64,000 nt of DNA from Pseudomonadota bacterium (GTDB lineage Bacteria; Pseudomonadota; Alphaproteobacteria; Rhizobiales; Xanthobacteraceae): positions 628-64,627 of the forward strand of contig JBEPUM010000002.1 in the NCBI GenBank assembly GCA_041691515.1. Direction: 5' to 3'. Shown here in pieces: positions 1 through 8,357 of the stretch (position 1 is its first letter; every line of letters begins with the position of its first letter). Below the pieces are notes generated by a model. It ran no database searches and was not told the DNA's origin. It saw only the letters and a program-made list of their open reading frames with translations. The position numbers and the translations under genes were made by a program.

Positions 1-2
1 CG

Positions 3-779
3 AAGACCAGCATCGTCAAACCACGCAAGCTCGCAGCATCCAAATCTTCAATATCCAAAACTTCAGTATTCAAACCCGCAGCAACTTCGCTGCGGCTGGC
101 CGGTAAAAAGCCGCCGAAATGCGCTGCCGCGAGACCGAAGGCAAACTCCGCCGCGCGCAAGACGGCTGCCAAGGGATTTCCAGCCAAGACATCACCCACA
201 AAGACATCTCGACCCACAAAGACATCCCGGTCCGTCAAACCGCGTGGTGAAAAAACGCGGGCCGCCGTGGCCGCGCGCAGCAAGACGATTTCTGCAACGA
301 TGCGGCGCGCCGATGAAACGGCTGTTGTTGTCGATGAACAAGATGATGCCGCGAAGGCGGGATTGGACAAACAGCGCGCGCGGCGGACATCGGCTAGCTG
401 CAAGGATGCGCCGAGCCCGCGCATCAAGCGCACCGCGGTCGAGCGTGTCGGCGACCCTCCGCCTGCGACGGGTCCGCTCCTGATTGAGCGCGTGACGCGC
501 GCGATCGAGCGCGAGCTTTCGCTGATCGAGGTCATCGTCGGTGGCCACCATCTCAAGACCCAACAGCGCAGCGAAGCCGAGCGCCGCGCCCGCACACTCG
601 CAAGTCTCGCGCGGACGCTCGGTGAAGTGACGCGGCTGCGCGCCGGTCAACAGAAGGCAAAGCCCGCCGATAACGATGCCGTGCCCCGCGATCTCGACGA
701 GTTCCGGCGCACGCTTTCGCGCCGACTGGAACAACTGGTCGCAGCACCAGCGTCGCCTGCTGCTGGAGAGCATGAGTGA
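3..779 (+). CDS. GTA small terminase-like protein (g1 position) with Lys/Ala/Pro/Ser/Thr-rich N-terminus; 5'-truncated by window
   Basis: Frame of ORF 267..779 stays open back to base 3 (KTSIVKPRKLAASK...); C-terminal DLDEFRRTLSRRLEQL resembles the GTA g1 tail; overlaps terL start. Confidence 0.65.
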   Translation, partial: KTSIVKPRKLAASKSSISKTSVFKPAATSLRLAGKKPPKCAAARPKANSAARKTAAKGFPAKTSPTKTSRPTKTSRSVKPRGEKTRAAVAARSKTISATMRRADETAVVVDEQDDAAKAGLDKQRARRTSASCKDAPSPRIKRTAVERVGDPPPATGPLLIERVTRAIERELSLIEVIVGGHHLKTQQRSEAERRARTLASLARTLGEVTRLRAGQQKAKPADNDAVPRDLDEFRRTLSRRLEQLVAAPASPAAGEHE

Positions 780-2040
780 GGAGGAACTCGGATTTCTTAG
801 CCATCAATGGGATATTTTTGCGCACGACCATCAGCGCCCGCCCGCGCTCGCGCCGAACGGCGCACCGTGGCTGATCTGGCTGATGATTGGCGGCCGTGGC
901 GCGGGCAAGACCCGCGCGGGAGCGGAATGGATTCGCGCACAGGCGCTGGGGCTGCCGCCGTTCGCGGATGCGCCAGTGGAACGCATCGCATTGGTCGGCG
1001 AAACCGAACATGATGCGCGTGAGGTGATGATCGAGGGCGTCTCGGGGCTGCTCGCGGTTCACGCCGCCCATGAGTGGCCGACATGGTCGCCCTCGCGCAA
1101 GCGGCTGGAATGGCCCAACGGGGCGGTTGCGCAGGCGTTTTCGGCCGAGGATCCCGAAAGCCTGCGCGGACCGCAGTTCGGTTGCGCCTGGTCCGACGAG
1201 ATGGCGAAGTGGCGCTATGCGGAGGCCGCGTTCGACATGCTGCAGTTTGGTTTACGGTTGGGATCGCAGCCGCGCCAGCTCATCACGACGACGCCGAAGC
1301 CGACGACGCTGCTGAAACGATTGATGAGCGATCCGGCCAGCATCGTTACGCACGCGCCGACGCGCGCCAATGCCTTCAACCTGGCGCCGACGTTTCTGCA
1401 GAGCGTGATGGCCCGCTACGCCGGAACGCGGCTCGGACGGCAGGAGCTCGACGGCGAGATCATCGAGGATCGTCCGGACGCACTGTGGTCGCGCGGATTG
1501 CTGGAAGCATGTCGTGTGCGCGAGACGCCGCCCTTGCAGAGGATCGTCGTGGCCGTCGATCCTCCGGTCACGTCGAGCAAGCGCGCCGACGCCTGCGGCA
1601 TTGTCGCCGCCGGAATTACAGAGGCCGGGATGGTTTACGTCATCGCGGACGATACGGTGGCTGGCGTTACGCCGGCGATGTGGGCTTCGAAAGCGATCGC
1701 GCTGTGGCGCAAACTCGAGGCCGACGCGCTGGTGGTGGAAGTCAATCAGGGCGGCGAGATGGTGAAGGCTGTCATCGGCGAGGTCGACGCGGCGGTGCCG
1801 GTCATCCCCGTGCGCGCGATGCGTGGAAAATGGCTGCGCGCCGAACCGGTGGCGACGCTTTACGAGCAGGGGCGCGTCAAGCACGCCGGCAGTTTTGCCG
1901 CGCTGGAGGACGAGATGTGCGACTTCGCGGTGTCGGGCCTGTCGTCCGGCCACTCGCCCGACCGGCTCGACGCGCTGGTGTGGGCGGTCGCCTCGCTGGC
2001 ATTGGTCCCGCGCGCCGCGCCGCGGGTGAGCGAATTGTGA
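676..2040 (+). CDS. Terminase large subunit (RcGTA g2 homolog); alternative start ATG 772
   Basis: Walker A GGRGAGKT, LRGPQF/WSDE Walker B region, VVAVDPP and SPDRLDALVWA nuclease motifs. Confidence 0.95.
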   Translation: MPCPAISTSSGARFRADWNNWSQHQRRLLLESMSEEELGFLSHQWDIFAHDHQRPPALAPNGAPWLIWLMIGGRGAGKTRAGAEWIRAQALGLPPFADAPVERIALVGETEHDAREVMIEGVSGLLAVHAAHEWPTWSPSRKRLEWPNGAVAQAFSAEDPESLRGPQFGCAWSDEMAKWRYAEAAFDMLQFGLRLGSQPRQLITTTPKPTTLLKRLMSDPASIVTHAPTRANAFNLAPTFLQSVMARYAGTRLGRQELDGEIIEDRPDALWSRGLLEACRVRETPPLQRIVVAVDPPVTSSKRADACGIVAAGITEAGMVYVIADDTVAGVTPAMWASKAIALWRKLEADALVVEVNQGGEMVKAVIGEVDAAVPVIPVRAMRGKWLRAEPVATLYEQGRVKHAGSFAALEDEMCDFAVSGLSSGHSPDRLDALVWAVASLALVPRAAPRVSEL

Positions 2041-2053
2041 AGGTGGTGAAGCG

Positions 2054-3229
2054 ATGCTGGATCGATTGAGACAAATGTTTGCGCCGCCCGAGACAAAAGC
2101 CAGCCGTACCGCAAAACTGCTGGCGTTCGAAAGCGGCGGTCGTGCGCGATGGACGCCGCGCGATTTTGCGGCGCTGGCGCGCGAGGGCTACCTCGCCAAC
2201 GCCATCGTGCATCGCGCGGTCAGGTTGATCGCGGAAAACGTAGCATCCTGCGCGTATCTGGTGTTCGACGGAGCGCAGGAGCGCGACGCGCATCCGCTGC
2301 AGCTTCTCTTAACGCGGCCGAATGCGCGACAGGATGGCGGCGCCTTTTTCGAAATGCTCGTGTCGCATCTGCTGCTGGCCGGCAATGCCTATATCGAGGC
2401 CGTCGCGCTCGATGGCGCGGTACGCGAGCTCTATGCGCTCCGGCCCGACCGCATGAAGGTGGTGCCTGGCGCCGATGGATGGGCGGAAGCCTATGAATAT
2501 AGCGTCGGCGCGCGCAGCGTGCGCTTCGATCAGGCGGCGTCGAGCGTGCCGCCGATCCTGCACCTGACCTTCTTTCATCCGCTCGACGATCACTATGGCC
2601 TGGCGCCAATCGAACCGGCAGCCGTCGCGATCGACACCCACAACGCCGGGTCGAAATGGAATAAAGCGTTGCTCGACAATGCCGCGCGCCCGTCCGGCGC
2701 GCTGGTCTATTCCGGTCCTGAAGGCGCTGTTCTCTCCGACTCGCAGTTCGACCGGCTCAAGCGCGAACTCACCGACACTTACCAGGGCGCGGCCAACGCC
2801 GGTCGGCCGCTGCTGCTCGAAGGTGGGCTCGACTGGAAGGCGATGTCGCTGACGCCGAAGGACATGGATTTTCTCGAGGCCAAGCATACGGCGGCGCGCG
2901 AGATCGCGTTGGCCTTCGGCGTGCCGCCGATGGTGCTCGGCATTCCCGGCGACAACACCTACGCCAATTTTCAGGAGGCCAACCGCTGCTTCTTCCGCCA
3001 GACGGTGCTGCCGCTGGCATCGCGGATCGGCAATTCGTTCGCGCAGTGGCTTTCGCCGCAATTCGGCGACGGCATCCGCATCGTGGTTGACACCGATCGC
3101 ATCGACGCGCTCGCCGCCGACCGCGCCGCGCTGTGGGAGCGCGTGTCGAGTGCGGCGTTCCTCACATTGAATGAAAAGCGCGAGGCAGTCGGCTACGCGC
3201 CGCTCGAAGGCGGCGACCGGCTAGAGTAA
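2054..3229 (+). CDS. HK97-family phage portal protein (g3)
   Basis: LRPDRMKVVPG, LLLEGGLDWK, AREIALAFGVPP, LTLNEKREAVGY portal motifs. Confidence 0.95.
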   Translation: MLDRLRQMFAPPETKASRTAKLLAFESGGRARWTPRDFAALAREGYLANAIVHRAVRLIAENVASCAYLVFDGAQERDAHPLQLLLTRPNARQDGGAFFEMLVSHLLLAGNAYIEAVALDGAVRELYALRPDRMKVVPGADGWAEAYEYSVGARSVRFDQAASSVPPILHLTFFHPLDDHYGLAPIEPAAVAIDTHNAGSKWNKALLDNAARPSGALVYSGPEGAVLSDSQFDRLKRELTDTYQGAANAGRPLLLEGGLDWKAMSLTPKDMDFLEAKHTAAREIALAFGVPPMVLGIPGDNTYANFQEANRCFFRQTVLPLASRIGNSFAQWLSPQFGDGIRIVVDTDRIDALAADRAALWERVSSAAFLTLNEKREAVGYAPLEGGDRLE

Positions 3230-3233
3230 AACA

Positions 3234-3356
3234 CGTGTCTGGGCGCGACGCATGTGCGGTGCATCGCAGTACCGGGACCCTCACAAAGACGGTTTGGATT
3301 CTTGAACCCCCGGTTCTGCAGCGCAGCGTGACGAACGCCGCACCGGGTCCGGGGCA
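3234..3356. repeat. Degenerate palindromic intergenic repeat (Bradyrhizobium-type cgtgtcccggac...gtccggggcacg family)
   Basis: Imperfect terminal inverted repeats (cgtgtctgggcgcg ... gggtccggggcaag) and internal gcagtaccggga / cccggttctgc pairing; family assignment from memory. Confidence 0.45.
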
Positions 3357-3366
3357 AGGAAAATTG

Positions 3367-3576
3367 ATGTCCGATCTAATCCGCATCTTCGGCGAGCGCG
3401 GTGATCTCGCGCACGTCGCGCTGTTGCTGTGGGCGTGCGCGGCCTCTGCCGCGCTGTGGTTCAGCCTGCGCGAGCTGGCCGCAGCGTCGCGCCGGTTCGA
3501 CGATTTCGTGCGCGAACTGTCGCGCTTCAACCGGCGGCAGCTTCGCAAAAAACATCTCAACAAGGATCAGGACTGA
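3367..3576 (+). CDS. Small membrane-anchored GTA head-region protein (g3.5 position)
   Basis: AAGGA RBS, ATG 3367, hydrophobic segment VALLLWACAASAALWFSL; TGATG coupling to the next gene. Confidence 0.65.
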   Translation: MSDLIRIFGERGDLAHVALLLWACAASAALWFSLRELAAASRRFDDFVRELSRFNRRQLRKKHLNKDQD

Positions 3577-3764
3577 TGGACACACTGCATCGCGTGCTCT
3601 CTTCCTTCAACACCGAAACCAAATCGGCGCGGGATCATCTCACGGTGTTCCGTGAATTCCTGGCGCATCTCGACCAGATCCAGCGCAAGTCGCCCACCGC
3701 GAAGTCGGCGCGCGCAAAACCGGTTTCGCGGCGCAAGCCTGCGAGGCGCGTTCGCAAGGGCTGA
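3576..3764 (+). CDS. Small hypothetical protein with basic C-terminus
   Basis: ATG overlaps upstream stop (TGATG); MDTLHRVLSS...RRKPARRVRKG, 62 aa. Confidence 0.55.
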   Translation: MDTLHRVLSSFNTETKSARDHLTVFREFLAHLDQIQRKSPTAKSARAKPVSRRKPARRVRKG

Positions 3765-3780
3765 TCTCTTTCTTGCTTAT

Positions 3781-3900
3781 CCCTCCCCCTGGAGTGGGGA
3801 GGGTGGCTGGCCACAAATCTTTTTGTGGCCGATCGGGTGGGGTGCGTCACCTGCCAGTGCCCCCCACCCCGACCCTCCCCACCGAAGGCGGGGGGAGGGA
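3781..3900. repeat. RIME/CIR-like palindromic intergenic mosaic element, copy 1
   Basis: CCCTCCCC..GGGGAGGG hairpins at both ends, internal GGGTGGGG/CCCCACCCC pairing. Confidence 0.7.
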
Positions 3901-3963
3901 GGTCCGCACCATCCGCGTCAAGTCCGGCATTCAATTTCACCCCCGCCATTTGCGAGGCCGACC

Positions 3964-4602
3964 ATGCACGCCCCGTTGTCATCCGTGTCGCGTCTCGCCT
4001 TCAGCGGCGACGGCACGGTCGAAGGCTATGCAAGCCTGTTCGGCGAGATCGACCAAGCGCGCGACATGGTGATGCCCGGTGCGTTCGCGCTGACCTTGAA
4101 GCAACGCGGTTTGCGAAAAATCCCGATGCTGTTCCAGCACGATCCGGCCGAGCCTGTCGGCGTCTGGCTTGAGCTGCGCGAGGATTTTCGCGGGCTGTGG
4201 GCGCGGGGTCGGCTGATTCCGGACGTGACGCGTGCGCGTGAATTGCTGGCGCTGGTCGAGGCCGGTGCGGTGGACGGGCTGTCGATCGGCTATCGCACCG
4301 TGCGCGGCCAGATCGAGCCGCGTTCGCGCGTGCGCAAGCTCTACCAGGTCGACTTATGGGAAATTTCCATCGTTACGTTCCCGCTGCTGGCGGGAGCGCG
4401 TGTCCGCGCGGTGAAGGAGGCGCCGGCCCCACGGCGCCTGTCGCCGCTGCGGATACAGGCCGAGCGTGACTGGCGGAGCATGACGGAGGCCGCGGATGAA
4501 CCGGCGCCGCAGCTCCGCCCGCGCTCGGCGGTTTTTTCGGCGTCATTGCGGGGACGGGAAGGGCGGCGCGCAGCGCTGCGCGCGCGGAGATGGTGGGAGT
4601 GA
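3964..4602 (+). CDS. HK97-family prohead protease (g4)
   Basis: VEGYASLFG, MLFQHDPAEPVG, DGLSIGY, LWEISIVTFP motifs; ATG 3964 after GAGG. Confidence 0.93.
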   Translation: MHAPLSSVSRLAFSGDGTVEGYASLFGEIDQARDMVMPGAFALTLKQRGLRKIPMLFQHDPAEPVGVWLELREDFRGLWARGRLIPDVTRARELLALVEAGAVDGLSIGYRTVRGQIEPRSRVRKLYQVDLWEISIVTFPLLAGARVRAVKEAPAPRRLSPLRIQAERDWRSMTEAADEPAPQLRPRSAVFSASLRGREGRRAALRARRWWE

Positions 4603-4606
4603 ACCA

Positions 4607-5035
4607 ATGACCGACCATGCCGGTGCATTTGAAGCTGCGCAGCTTGCGCGCTGGATGCGGCCCGATGCCGACAGATGGATACGCCCGGATGCGGCGCTCT
4701 TCCTGAAACCTGGCTCCGATCCGCGCGATGTCTTTACGGCGTTGGCCCGGAAATACAGTCCGGATCAGCCACGCGTGCCGGCGGGCAGTGGGCGGGAAAG
4801 CGGTCAATGGACAGGCGGCGACGCCTCCGGCCCCCAGGGAGCTAATGAAAACACGTTGATGCAGGATATACTTGCCACAGCATCGAATCTTCAGCTTATC
4901 GGTTGCCCGGCGGACTATCGAGAATGCGTCAAACTTTGCTATCCTTTGTTGGAGCGATTTTCAGCTCCTGGAAGCGACAGGAATTACTGGGATTTCCAAA
5001 AGTGCCTGAATGTTTGTCTCAAACGAGGGCTTTGA
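4607..5035 (+). CDS. Putative polymorphic effector A: RPDA/QPRVPAG leader plus Cys-rich C-terminal mini-domain
   Basis: ATG 4607 lies 4 nt after the protease stop; leader is paralogous to 7266 ORF; C-term GCPADYRECVKLC...QKCLNVCL. Confidence 0.7.
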   Translation: MTDHAGAFEAAQLARWMRPDADRWIRPDAALFLKPGSDPRDVFTALARKYSPDQPRVPAGSGRESGQWTGGDASGPQGANENTLMQDILATASNLQLIGCPADYRECVKLCYPLLERFSAPGSDRNYWDFQKCLNVCLKRGL

Positions 5036-5036
5036 T

Positions 5037-5279
5037 ATGGATATCGACGCGGCCCGGCATACTGTCCGCCAGTCATTTCAAATCGCGCGCGAACTCCAGA
5101 GCCTGCTTCCGTTTCTGAAAGAACGCTGCGATACGAACGAATACCGGCAATATGCCGTCGATATCGCCAAGGCGGTCGATGCCGTTAGCGTGGCTCTGCT
5201 CAACAAAGCGATCAAGGATTATCCCGAGCTTAAGGACGAGATCGAGAGCCGCATCGCAACTTACGGGCGCTACTTTTGA
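5037..5279 (+). CDS. Putative cognate immunity protein for effector A (80 aa, helical)
   Basis: ATG 1 nt after effector A stop, GAGGG RBS; function inferred only from position. Confidence 0.55.
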   Translation: MDIDAARHTVRQSFQIARELQSLLPFLKERCDTNEYRQYAVDIAKAVDAVSVALLNKAIKDYPELKDEIESRIATYGRYF

Positions 5280-5291
5280 TCGGCCAGAACA

Positions 5292-5579
5292 TCACCGCTT
5301 AAACGCCAGCGCCGCCGAAAGGCCCACGATGACGCCGGCGCAGATCGCAGCACCTCCGGCGGCCATGCCCCAGTTCAGGAAATAGAGAGCCATCGACAAG
5401 AACGTTTTGTCGGTGCTGCCGCCGAGCAGCACGAACGATGTTGCGAACGCCACCAGCAGCACAGCGCAAACGGCCGTCCAGAACCAGGCGGGCCCGCGCC
5501 GCGAAGGCTCCATCGCAACCCAAGCGCCGCCGGCGGCGGCGATGACCAGAACGACCCAGACAAAAATCGCAAGACGCAT
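5292..5579 (-). CDS. Small integral membrane protein (about 3 TM), antisense insert
   Basis: 95 aa with three hydrophobic segments; fills the gap before the capsid gene. Confidence 0.6.
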   Translation of the reverse strand: MRLAIFVWVVLVIAAAGGAWVAMEPSRRGPAWFWTAVCAVLLVAFATSFVLLGGSTDKTFLSMALYFLNWGMAAGGAAICAGVIVGLSAALAFKR

Positions 5580-5697
5580 CGGTTGACCCCGGCAGGGATG
5601 TCACGTCGCCGATCTGTAGCCCATGACGCGCGCCGGTTGAAGAGGCCGGCATCCGTCTCGCCATGTTTTGAGACCCATCATCACCAAGGAGAACCAG

Positions 5698-6951
5698 ATG
5701 GATTTTGACATCACCGACACCGCGCCGGAGCACAAATCCGGCATCGCCGCGTGGGGCGATTACGACGATTTTCGCGCGACCTTCGAGGAGTTCAAGTCGG
5801 CCAACGACGAACGGCTGGCGCGGCTTGAGAAGAAGCGCGGCGACGTGCTGCTGGAGGAAAAGGTCGATCGCATCAATGCTGCGCTGGATGCCCAGCACAG
5901 GCGCATGGACGACCTCGCCCTGAAGCACGCCCGGCCGGTGCTGGAAGGCCGCGGCCGCATCGTCAGGGACGCCGCGTCTCGCGAGCACAAGAGCGCGTTC
6001 GACGCTTATGTGAGGGGCGGCGAGGCGGGCAGCTTGCGCGATCTGGAGAGCAAGGCGATGTCGGTCGGGTCCAATCCGGACGGCGGCTATCTGGTGCCGG
6101 TCGAACTCGAGCACGAGATCGGCGAACGTCTGGCCGCGATCTCGCCGATCCGCGCGATCTCATCGGTGCGCACCATCTCCGGCAACGTCTACAAGAAGCC
6201 GTTCATGACCGCTGGCCCCGCCACCGGCTGGGTCGGCGAAACCGACTCGCGGACGCAGACCACCTCGCCGACGCTGGACGCCCTGAGTTTTCCGGCGATG
6301 GAGCTTTACGCCATGCCGGCGGCGACCGCGACCTTGCTCGATGACAGCGCCGTCAACATCGACGAGTGGATCGCGCAGGAGGTCGAACTTACCTTCGCCG
6401 TGCAAGAGGGCGCCGCCTTCGTCAACGGCGACGGCACCAACAAGCCGAAGGGCTTTCTGCAATCCACCACGGTGGCCAACGGTTCGTGGGCCTGGGGCAG
6501 CCTCGGTTACATCGCGAGTGGTGCTGCCGGCGCGTTCGCCTCGACCAATCCATCCGACGCGCTGGTCGATCTGATCTACGGGCTGAAGGCGGGTTATCGC
6601 CAGAACGGCATGTTCGTGATGAACCGCAAGACGCAGGCATCGATCCGCAAGTTCAAGGACTCGGGCGGCGCGTATCTGTGGCAGCCGCCGTCGCTGGCGG
6701 GCGGCCGCGCGTCGCTGATGACGTTCCCGCTGATCGAGGCTGAGGATATGCCGGACGTCGCCGCGAATTCACTGTCGATCGCATTCGGCGATTTCCGCCG
6801 CGGCTACCTGGTGGTGGACCGCGCGGGCGTTCGCGTGCTGCGCGATCCTTACTCCGCAAAACCCTACGTTCTGTTTTACACCACCAAGCGGGTCGGCGGC
6901 GGCGTGCAGGATTTCGACGCCATCAAGCTGATGAAGTTCGCGGCGAGCTGA
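5698..6951 (+). CDS. HK97-fold major capsid protein (g5)
   Basis: AAGGAG RBS and ATG 5698; DGGYLVP, NGDGTNKPKGFL, AFGDF, RDPYSAKPYVLFYTTKRVGG. Confidence 0.97.
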   Translation: MDFDITDTAPEHKSGIAAWGDYDDFRATFEEFKSANDERLARLEKKRGDVLLEEKVDRINAALDAQHRRMDDLALKHARPVLEGRGRIVRDAASREHKSAFDAYVRGGEAGSLRDLESKAMSVGSNPDGGYLVPVELEHEIGERLAAISPIRAISSVRTISGNVYKKPFMTAGPATGWVGETDSRTQTTSPTLDALSFPAMELYAMPAATATLLDDSAVNIDEWIAQEVELTFAVQEGAAFVNGDGTNKPKGFLQSTTVANGSWAWGSLGYIASGAAGAFASTNPSDALVDLIYGLKAGYRQNGMFVMNRKTQASIRKFKDSGGAYLWQPPSLAGGRASLMTFPLIEAEDMPDVAANSLSIAFGDFRRGYLVVDRAGVRVLRDPYSAKPYVLFYTTKRVGGGVQDFDAIKLMKFAAS

Positions 6952-7007
6952 GCGCTTTCTCGATCTGAAGACGTCGCGGTGCGCCCCATCGACGCGCCGT
7001 AGCGATG

Positions 7008-7190
7008 TCCCTCCCTCCGCTCTCGCGGTGGGGAGGGTCGGCCGAGCCGAGGGCCAATGCGTTGCCCGCAGGCGGAGGCCGGGGTGAGGGGATTTAAGGC
7101 ACGCCCCCAACCGACACATCGCTCGCGGCGCTCACGATGCGCCACCCTCCCCACCGTGCGTAGCAAGAGCTGCGCGGAGGGCAGGGATAA
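7008..7190. repeat. RIME/CIR-like palindromic intergenic element, copy 2
   Basis: ccctccc..gggagggt hairpin, ggggtgagggg / ccccaacc, accctccccacc..gggcaggga; same architecture as 3781 and 12499. Confidence 0.6.
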
Positions 7191-7265
7191 GAAAAGGCGC
7201 GCCCGATCGGCGCGCCGTGCGTTTTCAGCGAAATTTTCCAATCACATCGAAACGGACCATCTCGC

Positions 7266-8357
7266 ATGAATACGCGCGAGAACGCCTGGCTGCGCCATCA
7301 GCAGCAACGATGGCTGCGGCCGGACGCGTATCGCTGGATTCGTCCGGACGCGGCGCGGTTTTTCAAGCCGGGCGCCGATGTGACGGAGGCCTATCCGGCG
7401 CTCGCGACCAGTCCGAACCAACGGCTGCGCGAGCGGCGGATCGCCGAAGCCATCGCGCACGATCAGTCCATCATCGCCGAACTGAGAGCCGAACTCGTCT
7501 CGGTGAAGGCAGCGATCGCGTGGCGAAAGGCGGCCCGCGAACGTGAGGAGAAATACAGCCCGAGCCAGCCGCGAGTGCCGGCGGGCAATGGCCGCGACAG
7601 CGGCCGCTGGACCGACGGCAGCAGCAGCGGGCGACCGCGCGTCATCATCGACACCACCAATCTCGATGCGAATGCGGAGGGCGATGGCGGCGGCGTTGGA
7701 AGCGGTATCTCGGCATCGATCAGCGCGTTCGACATCGGCGACGTCAGCAGCGAAGTCGGCTCGCTCGGCTTGTTTGACATCAAACCGCGGGAAAATTCGG
7801 TTCAAGGCGTGCAGCTTGCAGGCGATCCGCCGGACAAGTTGCCGCCGATCGTCATAGCGCCGGAACAGCCGCCGGAAATTCCACCACCCAAGAGGGGCAT
7901 TGCAGAGCGGTCGATCGATTTTATCCGCCGTGCCGCTGAGTACGTTCGGATTGTTGGCCCGCTGTCGCATGCTGCTGGCGCACTTTTTGAGGCGCTAGAG
8001 CAAGCCGAAGAACTCCGAGGAGAGACGGCAGCAATCAAGTCGGCGAACGACCCGCCGCTCACGCTTAAGGAACTGCAAGCCCGCGCGCGATTGCCCAGCG
8101 AACCCGGTTATCAGACGCATCACATTGTTGGTCAGTTCAGGCAGAACAGGCTGCAATTCGGCGATGGTTTGATCTACAGTCGTGAGAACGAAGTGCGAAT
8201 TCCAGTCGTGAAGCACATGGATATCAGTCGATTCTATTCGACGCCCAATAAATACTACAATGGCTTGTCGCCCAGAGACTATCTTCGCGGCAAAAGCTGG
8301 GATGAACAGATGCGCGAGGGACTGAAAATCCTGCGAGATAACGGGGTGCTCTTATGA
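7266..8357 (+). CDS. Putative polymorphic toxin B: RPDA/QPRVPAG leader, coiled coil, low-complexity linker, C-terminal HNH/AHH-like nuclease
   Basis: Leader shared with 4607 ORF; C-terminal GYQTHHIV...SRENEVRIPVVKH (HH..N..H beta-beta-alpha-Me pattern); ATGA overlap with next gene. Confidence 0.75.
   Translation: MNTRENAWLRHQQQRWLRPDAYRWIRPDAARFFKPGADVTEAYPALATSPNQRLRERRIAEAIAHDQSIIAELRAELVSVKAAIAWRKAAREREEKYSPSQPRVPAGNGRDSGRWTDGSSSGRPRVIIDTTNLDANAEGDGGGVGSGISASISAFDIGDVSSEVGSLGLFDIKPRENSVQGVQLAGDPPDKLPPIVIAPEQPPEIPPPKRGIAERSIDFIRRAAEYVRIVGPLSHAAGALFEALEQAEELRGETAAIKSANDPPLTLKELQARARLPSEPGYQTHHIVGQFRQNRLQFGDGLIYSRENEVRIPVVKHMDISRFYSTPNKYYNGLSPRDYLRGKSWDEQMREGLKILRDNGVLL

Noticed and set aside
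3652-3963. N-terminal extension of the prohead protease in the ORF track
   Set aside because: Reads through a palindromic repeat; ATG 3964 with RBS matches the family start.
4496-4606. Earlier start for effector A
   Set aside because: Overlaps the protease in another frame; ATG 4607 aligns with the start of paralog 7266.
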